Shown here one piece after another: positions 53,414-64,000 of a DNA stretch of 64,000 nucleotides. Under the pieces are notes generated by a model. It saw nothing but the letters and a program-made list of their open reading frames with translations. It had not been told where the DNA came from and made no database searches. The position numbers and the translations under genes are program-made. Positions within the stretch are counted from its first letter, which is position 1, and the number at the start of each line of letters is the position of its first letter. The stretch comes from Octopus sinensis (lineage: Eukaryota). The DNA lies in the NCBI RefSeq assembly GCF_006345805.1, contig NC_043004.1:14074001-14138000 (forward strand), read 5' to 3'.

Positions 53414-54069
53414 TATATATAATGAACTTAATCTGAATAGTAACAGTTGTAGCAACTATAGGAACAAGAATAACACTAGTTAGAAAACTCAAAATAAGGA
53501 TCACAGTCAGAAAACTTAGCAACAACAACTTATACGTATGTCAGAAACTCAAATCGAGGAATTATCAAAACACGAAATAGAAAGATTTTTCTAATTCCTG
53601 AAAACAAAAATGTCCCATTTTTTTTGCTTTTTCTTTTTACATATAATGATCACAAATGAGTATATTTGGTTGTCAAATAAATTCTTTCGCTGTATCTTCC
53701 TGTTTATATCAATCCTTACGTTCATCCGTTTTAACCAATCAATTAATTGTATATATTCTCCGCCATTGTTCACGACAAAAGTGATAATTAATCTGAAGCT
53801 GTCATATCTTCAGAATACGGTGGGTTCAGTAAAACTTTCCAAACGAACTCTTGAATAGAATTGGAAAGAAATGAACGAATCTGACGACTCAATAAACCGA
53901 TTTCTTGTTACTAGAAACTTTTGCACGTTTTTTAAAATCTATTCTCTAGTTTTGTTTACTATTGTCGTGTGCAATCTGTTGCCCGCTAGTCTCTCTGAGT
54001 GTTTTGTCTAACAAAATATTGCCTTGAATTGTTTTAGTAGCGCGTCCTAACTGATGGTGGGTCATATCT

Positions 54070-54110
54070 GATGCGGCCCACATCGCACAAAAGGCTGCCC
54101 ATACCCGGTT
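54070..54110 (+). mobile_element. Possible hAT MITE right terminus
   Basis: ATGCGGCCC...AAGGCTGCCCATACCCG resembles Charlie/Buster subterminal motif and TIR. Confidence 0.3.
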
Positions 54111-54171
54111 TAGTCTATTTCACATTGTGAATATTCTCATCATGAAAGAGTTATAGATTCCGAGATTGGGT

Positions 54172-54424
54172 TTATTCTTTTATTCTTTACTCTTCTATTT
54201 GTTTCAGTCATTTGACGGCCATGCTGGAGCACCGCTTTTAGTCGAACAAATCGACCCCATTATATCGGTCTCTTTTGCCGAACCGCTAAGTTACGGGGAC
54301 GTCAACACACCAGCATCTGTTTTCAAGTGATGGTGGGGAGACAAAGACACACACACACATACACATACACACGCACACACACACACACACATACACACGC
54401 ACACACACACACAGACATATATAT

Positions 54425-54460
<36 letters not shown>

Positions 54461-54624
54461 CGACGGACTTCTCTCTGTTTCCATCTACCAAATCCACTCA
54501 GAAGGCTTTGGTCAGCCCGAGGCTATAGTGGAAGACATTTGCCCAAGGTGCCACGTAGTGGGACTGAACCTGGAACCATGTGCTTGGAAAGCAAGCTACT
54601 TACCACACAGTCACTCCTGTGCCT
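54172..54624 (-). mobile_element. SINE family A
   Basis: Match to consensus. Confidence 0.85.
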
Positions 54625-54994
54625 ATGGTGATCAATCATAAACACAAATACATTATGAACACAAGATCACAGGTATTCAAACCGTGCTTACCGCAATTTT
54701 TCTTAATACACATATTTTTAACGAAAAAGAAGGATTTGAGTGAGGTTTGACATTTTTAGTAGAGCGATCGATTGTATGCACATAATTGTATGCCCAAGGA
54801 ATCGATTGTATTTCTTGATTGAGGTTAGTCTTACTCAATTAGGACATCAAGTATTTTAATGAAAATGTGGATAACATTTCCGCACTTCGGACTAGAATTG
54901 GTAGACACAGAGGAAAATACTAAGCAAAGTTCTGAGTTCAGTTCAGTAATTCCGTCTTATTCTTTCCAAGTGCTATTTCATCAACTAAATTATC

Positions 54995-55280
54995 GATATG
55001 GCTCAGTGGTTAGAGCATCGTCCTCACAATCATGAGATAGTGATTTCAATTGCCGGTCGGAGCAAGACACTTTATTTCACGTTGCTCCAGTTCATTCAGC
55101 TGTTGAAATTAGTTGTGACGTCATTAGTGCCAAGCTTTATCGGTGGCGTGGGGAGTGGAGGCTTCTATGCACGAGCAACTGCTGGTTTTCCATAAACAAA
55201 CTTACCCGAACTTGTGCCTTCGAAGAGTAAATTTCTAGTTTTAATTCCATAGTCTTTCATGACCGAAGGGGGTCTTTACC
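54995..55280 (+). mobile_element. tRNA/CORE-like SINE with tail H
   Basis: Homologous to 34632-34967. Confidence 0.75.
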
Positions 55281-55989
55281 CCTTACTCTTTTACCTGTTT
55301 TAGTAAAGGCAGATGAAAATTTGACCCGGAAGTCTTCAACCACATCGATGTGATAATCGACTAAATCGAAGCATTGTACCAATTAATTCCTGAGTTACAG
55401 AAAAAAACCCCTAAAGCAAAACAAACGAGACATGAGGAAGGCACTCAATCCGACAGAGATAACACCAGAATTTTACACATATCACAAACTACAGCCACGA
55501 GAACGGAAAGTACTTACTAGATAGGTTTGTCTTAGACTTACCAGAGAAGAGGCAGCATGGCTACAAATCGATCACAGTTGGATTGTAGTTAAACAGTAAC
55601 AGGAACAATAACGTTTAACTTTAACATCATTTAAACTTTCTTTACTCGCCTGACGCCATATTAAATCAATAGTGTAGTTTAAAATGTACGAAGTGTTAGT
55701 GTCTGCAAAGGAACAGAATGCGGAATTGGTAAAGAAAAAGATAGAAATGTCAGCTTAGCCGTTATTTCAAACATTAATTAGCAGGAGATATAGGAAATAG
55801 CTATGTATAATATTTCAGAGAAAGAAAGACAAGTTCATTGATCAAAGAGGACACACAGAGACGCTCGCACACGGGCATACGCACACAGACACACACAAAT
55901 ACACACAGACACAATCACACACACTCACACTCATACACACACTCTCTCTCCCTCTCTCTCACACACATATTATATATATATATATATGA

Positions 55990-56044
<55 letters not shown>

Positions 56045-56374
56045 TACATATATACACACACACTGAAGCACACACACATACATACACACACATATATACA
56101 TATATATATATGGATATTGTGTGTTCATAGATGGATAAATTACTATATTGTATTTGACAGCAGTGTTTGTCATGGAATTTATACGATTATGATAGTAAAA
56201 TATACAAAAAATATCACTTATAAGGTTATTATAGATATACCAAACGCACGAGTACAACTTGAATATCTAGTGTAAGCAGGGTACGTCAGTGAAATTCAGC
56301 CCATGGATACATAAACGCAAAGACAGACGGATACAAATATATACTTACACACATACACACACACACACACACAC

Positions 56375-56421
<47 letters not shown>

Positions 56422-56497
56422 ACACAGATATATACAGAGAAATCCATACACTCGTGTTTGTGCATATCTATAAACATATATTTATATATATGTATAT

Positions 56498-56533
<36 letters not shown>

Positions 56534-56602
56534 CATACATACACACATTTATATATGCACACATATATATGTATATGTATCTATGTGTGTGTGTGAGTCT
56601 AC

Positions 56603-56633
<31 letters not shown>

Positions 56634-57741
56634 ATTAATATGTGTGTTTGCATGCGTGTGATTGCATAATGTATTTTATAAATTTCTAATTCGTTCACTG
56701 AAATAATGTATCCCACTAAAGAGAAAATGAAACTTGCACCAATCGTATGAAATACATACTGTGATTCGACGCTATGAAAGATTAATGATTGTTTCTCAAG
56801 AAATAAATCTTGAATGTTACATCCTCACTGAAGCTTAAATTTGTAAGAACGTTTTTAAATTCTCTTGAGACAGTAAATATATTGATTGTATACTCTATAT
56901 AGGGTTCCATATTTTTTATAAATTCATACACACATATATATATATATGAATATCTATTCACGTTGGTATGTGATTTTTGTGTTTTGGCCTTTGTGTTTTT
57001 ATACGCTCAAAATCCCTGTAAGTAACTTTGCTTCTCTGACTTAAAATTTAATGAGTTAGTCATGGAGGGGTTTTAATAATTTATTGTATTTTTCCATAAA
57101 CCATATGAACTTACACAAACTCACATGCAGGCACATACACACACAAACCTACTCACATATACACCCGCACAAATATTCATAGATATAGTTTATAAAACAT
57201 CAAGTAAAACGTGGTAGATTTAAAAGTAAAGAAAGGATAATTCTGAAAAAAATTATATGTATTTAGACAAGTTAAAGCTTTCGTAAAAACAATTAACGTA
57301 ACAGAAACAATAAAAGACTGTGTACAATGAAAATATATATCCAAAACCAAAACAGTCTACATAAGGTTTTAACGTTTCGGATTTCGCCTTTGCCAATAGA
57401 AAGTAAAAGAATTATGGGAAGGATGATAACTAGTAACTTTTTCAAATTTACGTTTCTTGAATGACTAAATATTTCTCTTAATGTAAAATAAAATCGGAAG
57501 AATGGGATTAAAGGATAGAGAAAAGTAGATATTTTGTATGTAATATGGAAGTAGCACCGTGCTGGATAGTTGGACTTGCACGCTTTTGGCTTGGACGGCT
57601 CACCATAAATTAAACCATATATATGTAGAAAAACATGTCAGAAGAAGTAAGCCGAAAATTAAAATAACATAAAGCCAGAGTGTTATATCTGATTGAAAAT
57701 AAACTTAAATTCAGTTCTGATTTTCACAGTATTTCCTATAT

Positions 57742-57785
<44 letters not shown>

Positions 57786-57862
57786 TGTATGTTCACACAC
57801 ACACACATATATATCATATATATATATATATTTGTATGTATGTATGTATGTATGTATGTATG

Positions 57863-57894
<32 letters not shown>

Positions 57895-57924
57895 AAATAT
57901 GTATGCATGTATATGTATACATAC

Positions 57925-57963
<39 letters not shown>

Positions 57964-57987
57964 GGGAGAGAGAGAGAGAGAGAGAGA

Positions 57988-58175
57988 ATTTACAAAAAAA
58001 TAAAAAACAAAGACGAAGACAGGTGTGTAAACAACAAACAGATATATTAGTATAGCGCTGGGGAAGTGAGAAAGTCTATTATGTTTCGAGCCTACGCTTT
58101 TCGACAGAAAGGAACACAGAAATAAACAGGGAGAGAAACTAAAAAAAGTTTAGTGGCTAGCGAACTATCATGGCG
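57988..58175 (-). mobile_element. Solo PLE-terminus-like fragment with degenerate hammerhead (58074-58111)
   Basis: Minus strand CTGTCGA-A-AAGC GTAG GCTC-GAA-ACAT-A; similar layout to 27711-27743. Confidence 0.45.
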
Positions 58176-58257
58176 ATGTGTGTATGTGTGTATATATGTG
58201 AACGTGTGAATTTATATATTTATATATATATATATTTATTTCTGGATGCGATTTTTG

Positions 58258-58672
58258 CATATTCTTTTTATTTCATTTGTTTCAATCATTTGAATGTGAC
58301 CATGCTGGAGTAGCACCTTGAGGGGTTTTAGTCGAGCAAATCGACCACAGGACTTATTCTTGGAAAGTCTAGAACTTATTGTTTCGGTGATTTTCATCGA
58401 ACCACTAAGTTGCGTGGACATAACCCACCAACGGTTGTCAAACGATGGAGCGTAGACAAACACAGACACACAGACACACACACACACAGACACACACAAT
58501 CACAATATATGTATATATATGAAGGAATTCTTTAAGTTTCCGTCTACCAAATCCACTCACAAGGCTTTGGCGGCCCGAGCCTTTAGTAGGAGACAGTTGT
58601 CCAAGTTCTCACGCAGTTGAGCTGAACCGGAACCATGTGGTTGGGAAGCAAGGTTCTTACCACACAGCCATG
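58258..58672 (-). mobile_element. SINE family A
   Basis: Match to consensus. Confidence 0.8.
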
Positions 58673-58839
58673 CATATATGTCTACATACATACAAACATA
58701 CATACATATACGCTAGCATGTATACATACACGCATGCTTACAAACATACATGCATACATACATACGTACATACATACATACATACATATTTGCAATGAAC
58801 AGACAAAGGGTACATCTAGTTTATTTGAAACAATTCTTT

Positions 58840-58985
58840 GGTTTATGGCACAAGGCCTGAAAACTGGGGTATGAGGTTATTGGGTTTCATATCAACTCCA
58901 GTACTTGAATAGCACCTATATTATAGACTACGAAGGATTGAAAGAACAGTCGACCTCGGCGGAATTGGATATAAAACGTGAATTT
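58840..58985 (-). mobile_element. Diverged SINE family B fragment
   Basis: GAAGGATTGAAAG...GTCGACCTCGGCGGAATT. Confidence 0.55.
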
Positions 58986-59024
58986 GACGCAATTCTGGTA
59001 AGCACCTTCTCCGACGTTCCTTAA

Positions 59025-59082
<58 letters not shown>

Positions 59083-59157
59083 GAACGGAAAGTTAGGAAT
59101 AATGCAATAACATATCAGGTAACCCAAATTTTCGGTAATATCAATAAATGTGGTGAT

Positions 59158-59350
59158 ATTATTTGGTTGGCCAAAAAGTCCAGCCGGTGTTTGTTGGGTC
59201 TATACTTAAGCACTCTCACAAATAGCTAACTTCCGTCTGTCCATTGTGCATGCTCACGCGTAAGATACTTAACACTTCAGCGTTGAGACGGTAGATTCTA
59301 GTTCAGTGAAAGATGCAATCGAATGGCGTCGATTTTTATGAATAAATACT
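59158..59350 (+). mobile_element. Possible mariner-like remnant
   Basis: TATTTGGTTGGCCAAAAAGT resembles a mariner TIR; segment ending GGCGTCGATTTTTATGAATAA resembles the G.YF.E* transposase end. Confidence 0.3.
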
Positions 59351-60151
59351 TCTAAATGTTTTCCACTTATAAATCACATGATGACTGACACGGTGCTGTG
59401 ATTCTAATCAGTATGCAGCATTGGTGTTGGTTTCAATAAGAATGACCAGCTTCTCATTTTTAACAGCTGGGGTGATTTGCATAACTGTTTGTCATAGATA
59501 AACCGCGAGCAGTTACAAACGTGATGTCTCTCTTGGGAAAAGCAAAATCTAGCACGTTTATTATCTAAAATTGGATTAAATCACCAGAAAGAGAGAAAAT
59601 ATATTTTAAGTTCTGATTTCCATAACACAATGTTTCATCAAACCGGTAGCTTTTCACTTTAACTCACCGAGCTCGCTATTCACAAACTCTGCTTCCATAC
59701 TGTTCTCATATATTATGTATTGTGCTCCACCATATTTCTGTTGATGCATCTATACTCGTGTATTACTGATTCATTTATCACTCACATTTATCACGATCTG
59801 ATCTGTGATAACGCGAGTTCGCGATTAGTCAAAGCTTCTTCATGGCCCGAAAAGCGCACGTTAGTCACAATCTGCATTGCTCAGGGCAACATGTGTTCTC
59901 AGAAGGAAACCCATTTTCCCCATATGTTTTATTACTTTGTTTTATCACTGGTTCATCTAACACGGTGTTATATTTAATCAAACGATCGTGATAAACGAGG
60001 ACATATATTGAAGCTAGTGCGACTCATCCTCAACTCGTAGCCATTGTACTACATGTGATTACATATCCAATGTCGAAGTGTTTGCTTTCATCTCGTACTA
60101 TTATGGTTGAAAATGTGTGACTTTATTGCATATCAATATACCTATATTCCG

Positions 60152-60582
60152 TAAGAGTGGCTGCGTGGTAAGAAGCTCGCTTCCCAACCACATGGTTCAC
60201 GGCTCAGACCCGCTGTGCTTACGAGCCACATAGTTCAGCCTCATTGCGTGGCACCTTGGGTAAGTGTCTTCTACTATAGCTTCGAGCCAACCAAAGCCTT
60301 GTGAGTGGATTTGGCAAACGGAAACTGAAAGAAGCCTGTCATATATGTGTGTGTTTGTTTGTGTGCGTGTGTGTGTATGAGTCTTTGTCTCTGTGTTTGT
60401 TCCTCCATAACCTCTTGATAACCGGTACTGGTGTGTTTACGTCCACGTAACATTAGCGGTTCGGCAAAAGAAACCGATAGAATAAGTACCAAGCTTGTAA
60501 AATGAGTACTGCCGTGGATTCATTCGACTAAAATTTCAAAGTGATGCTCCAGCATGGTTGCAAGTAAAAACAAGTAAAAGAT
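60152..60582 (+). mobile_element. SINE family A
   Basis: Match to consensus. Confidence 0.8.
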
Positions 60583-60715
60583 TAAAAAAATATGTGTTTA
60601 TGATAGCATATTTAATTATGCAACAATATAAATCTGAGTGTATGAGATCGTGTACGTCAAAGACTGAGTTGCATGTAATGATGGCTGCAGTGTTTATATA
60701 TATATATGTGTGTGT

Positions 60716-60758
<43 letters not shown>

Positions 60759-61067
60759 TCTGTCGAAAATCACAGAGTAGGAGTAGGATGGAGTAGGAGA
60801 AAGAGTAGCATAAGTGAATGGAGAGGAGAGAAAATACTAATTCAGTGAAGGAGAAGTAGTGAGAGTAATAGCCCTGACTGAGAGGGAGTGAGAGAAAGTA
60901 ATAGCAATGAGAGAAAAGAAGTGGTAAACAGCGCGTCGTGTATCATTTATTTTTCTCCGTTACAATGAGAAAGGAAAGGGTGATAGATGAATAACGAAGG
61001 AAGAGGCGAAAAAAATCAGCGTTTCAACTCAGCGTGACTATGTGCGTATGTAAAAGGGATTTACGTA

Positions 61068-61275
61068 AAGGTGATGAGCTGGTGAAACGTCAGTACGCAG
61101 GGCGAAATGCTTAGCGGTATTTCGTCTGCCACTACGTTCTGAGTTCAAATTCCGCCGAGGTCGACTTTGTCTTTCATCCTTTCGGGGTCGATAAATTAAG
61201 TACAAGTTGCGTATTGACGTCGATCTAATTGACTGGTCCCCTCATCCCAATATTCTGGATTTTTGTCTTGAAAAG
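61068..61275 (+). mobile_element. SINE family B monomer
   Basis: AAGGTGATGAGCTGG...GAGTTCAAATTCCGCCGAGGTCGAC. Confidence 0.85.
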
Positions 61276-61300
61276 AAAAGAGAGGTATGTAAATGTTTCT

Positions 61301-61355
<55 letters not shown>

Positions 61356-61565
61356 TATGTATGTGTGTCTGTATCTGTATGTAATGGAAATGAGATGGTG
61401 AGTGTTCAAAGCTGAAAAGAAAAATCAAACAGCGTTTCAACTCTGTTTTGAATATATATATGTGTAGGTATGTGCCTGTACAAGGGAAGTATGTGAATGT
61501 TTGTGTCTGTGGTTATTGCGTACCTTATTTTATACCTTACATATATATATAAAATACTACAATTA

Positions 61566-61598
61566 GCCGTCATTTCTGACGGCACAGGGTCAGCTAGT
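61566..61598 (+). mobile_element. Helitron-like 3' terminus
   Basis: Hairpin GCCGTCA-TTTC-TGACGGC (61566-61583), 10 nt spacer, then CTAG (61594-61597) followed by T. Confidence 0.5.
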
Positions 61599-61811
61599 TA
61601 TATATAATGCTACTGGTTAAAAATTTCATCCTTTCCTATCTGTTCATTCAATATTAAATAAACTATACACAAGTTAAGAGAAACTTCATAAATTGTTCTA
61701 TGTAGGAGTTTGTGTATATTTATGCGCGATTAGATATTTTCAGATTTTTCCTCTTTGTGCCCTTCGCCCATCACCATAGCATACATATTTATGCACAAAA
61801 ATGTCTGTCAT

Positions 61812-61869
<58 letters not shown>

Positions 61870-62434
61870 GTATACATATGTATGGCTGTATGTACATGTA
61901 TATATACGTGTATATATGTGTGTGCCTGTGTGTGTATGAATATTCAAATATGTAATATTATGCATATGAACATATATATGTTTTGGCCATACCACCAACA
62001 TATCACACACACAAATATACATACGTATGTATATTATACAAATATATACTATATAAACATATCTGTGTGCGTGTGTGTGTGTATGTGTGTGTATGTGTGT
62101 GTGTGTATACAAATATATGTCTGTATTTGTTTGCGTGTCTGTCTAATTATATACACCTACATATACATATAATTATGTATGTAAACATACACAGGTGGGT
62201 GTTTATAGGAAGTAAGATAAACAGAAGTTTGAAAAAAATCTATATATTTATGCAGATTTTTGAAACTTACCACTTGTATTGGCACTTCTGTCAATTACAG
62301 TTTATAAGTCAGGCAGTCAGTTAACCTTCATTGCGTTACATATTATACAAGCATTCACATAGCAGCACAAACGCACGCATACGATTAAATACCTACATAA
62401 TCTTGCAAGCAAGTATTCATGCATAAATACATGA

Positions 62435-62487
<53 letters not shown>

Positions 62488-62491
62488 GTGT

Positions 62492-62528
<37 letters not shown>

Positions 62529-63066
62529 GTGTGTGTGTGCGTGTGTGTGTATATATATGTATATATAAATATATGTATATATACATATTTATTTATATAT
62601 ATATAATGTATATATATATGTATATATATTTATGCATATATATATATGTTTGTGTGTGTGTTTTTTTAGTGTGTCTGTGTGTACGCGTGCGTGTGTTTGT
62701 GTGTGTTTGTGTCTGTTTCTCCGTGCGTCTCTTTGTGTTTTGTGTGTGTGACTGTGCGTCTTCTGACATATGTAAGCTCATGTGTTGATATTTACGCACT
62801 TACACATGTATCGTATGAAATTTATGCTACTGGAATGTTGAAATCCGTAATTTTAGCGAATCATCGGTATGTAATCTGAGTTACCAAATAATTGAACGTT
62901 ATTATGTGGAAGAAAGACCTGCTTATGATGATCCAGAGAATAATGGATAAAAGGATTTAGCACAAAATGAATGCAGAAAGTTAGAGAGAAAAGAGTAGCA
63001 AACATTTATGATGCACGTACAACTGGGACTTGTGAGTTCTTAATACGCGACGTTGTAAGTTCTGAG

Positions 63067-63515
63067 AGCGGTAAGCTGGCAGAATCGTTAGCACGCCAGG
63101 TGAAATCCCTGGAGGTATTTCGTTTGCGGTACATTCTGAGTTCAAATTCCGCTGAGGTTGACTTTGCCTTTCATCCTTTCAGGGTCGATAAATTAAGTAC
63201 CAGTTACGCACTGGGATCGACGTAATCGACTTAATCCCTTCGTCTGTCCTCGTATGTCCCCTCTATGTTTAGCCCCTTGTGGGCAATAAAGAAATAAGTA
63301 TCGTTAGCACGCCGGGTGAAATGCTTAGCGGTATTTCGTTTGCCGTTTCGTTCTGAATTCAAATTCCTCCGAGGTCGACTTTGCCTTTCATATTTTCGGG
63401 GTCGATTGAATAAGTACCAGTTGCTAACTGGAGTCGATGTAATCGACTTAATCTCTTTGTTTGTCCTTGTCTGTTCCCTCTATGTTTAACCCTCTGTGAG
63501 CAATAAAGAAATAAA
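63067..63515 (+). mobile_element. SINE family B dimer
   Basis: Two units; the second restarts at ATCGTTAGCACGCC (~63300). Confidence 0.85.
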
Positions 63516-63766
63516 TATGCATAATAATATATAAAGCCACTTACACGAAATTGCGTGTGGTTGTATGTATGCGTGTGAGTGTATGTTTTTGCCCGTGAAA
63601 TTACCCACAAATCGCAATGGACTATCCGAAACTCGTGTAGAAATATGCTGAAGATGTTGCAAAGTGGAATCAGATCGGAAACTAAGATTTTATTAGCCAA
63701 ATTTCATAAATGTACAGCTATGCTTTATTCTATACAATATATAAATAAAAAAATAAATAAGTCCTT

Positions 63767-64000
63767 TTAAAGCCTAGCCAGGCTCATGGGCTCGGTTTCC
63801 CGGTTTCTATGGCGTATGTGTTCTCTCGCAGGACGGGACGCCAGTCCATCGCAGCGTTGCTCGTTTTTGCCAGCTGAGTGAACTGGAGCAACGGGAAATG
63901 AAGTATTTTGCTCACGAACACAACGCGTCACTAGGTCCAGGAATCGAAAACACAATCTTACGATCACGATGCTGACACCCTAACCACTAAGCCACGTGCC
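63767..64000 (-). mobile_element. tRNA/CORE-like SINE with V-domain-like tail
   Basis: Minus strand GGCACGTGGCTTAGTGGTTAGGG...TTGCTCCAGTTCACTCAGCTGG...GCTGCGATGGACTGGCGTCCCGTCC. Confidence 0.8.

Noticed and set aside
42-62879. Hundreds of short ORFs with YI/HT/CV/LSIY repeats
   Set aside because: Translations of dinucleotide and tetranucleotide microsatellites, not genes

Overview
AT-rich, microsatellite-saturated eukaryotic non-coding DNA. The repeat families and (TA)n/(CA)n/(TCTA)n/(AAT)n density look like a coleoid cephalopod, probably Octopus; this is inferred from recognition, not from a search. No intact host protein-coding exon could be supported, and almost all track ORFs are microsatellite translations. 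The window holds about 35 tRNA-derived SINE copies from several modular families, LINE 3' ends, decayed DNA-transposon remnants, a ~1.12-kb tandem duplication and a foldback element with a telomere-like core. It also holds several Penelope-like elements (PLEs): a decayed near-full-length copy (7.5-12.3 kb), a 5'-truncated RT/GIY-YIG copy with inverted pseudo-LTRs (43.9-46.2 kb) and a fragment (29.4-30.6 kb). The most striking pattern is a set of unrelated PLE-terminus foldbacks inserted in (TA)n tracts. Many carry minimal hammerhead-ribozyme motifs, several with a U3-A8 covariant core. They share one asymmetric architecture: one arm keeps a 3' extension, while the other stops at an internal TATATA-like motif that merges with the genomic (TA)n. 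All coordinates and alignments were made by eye.
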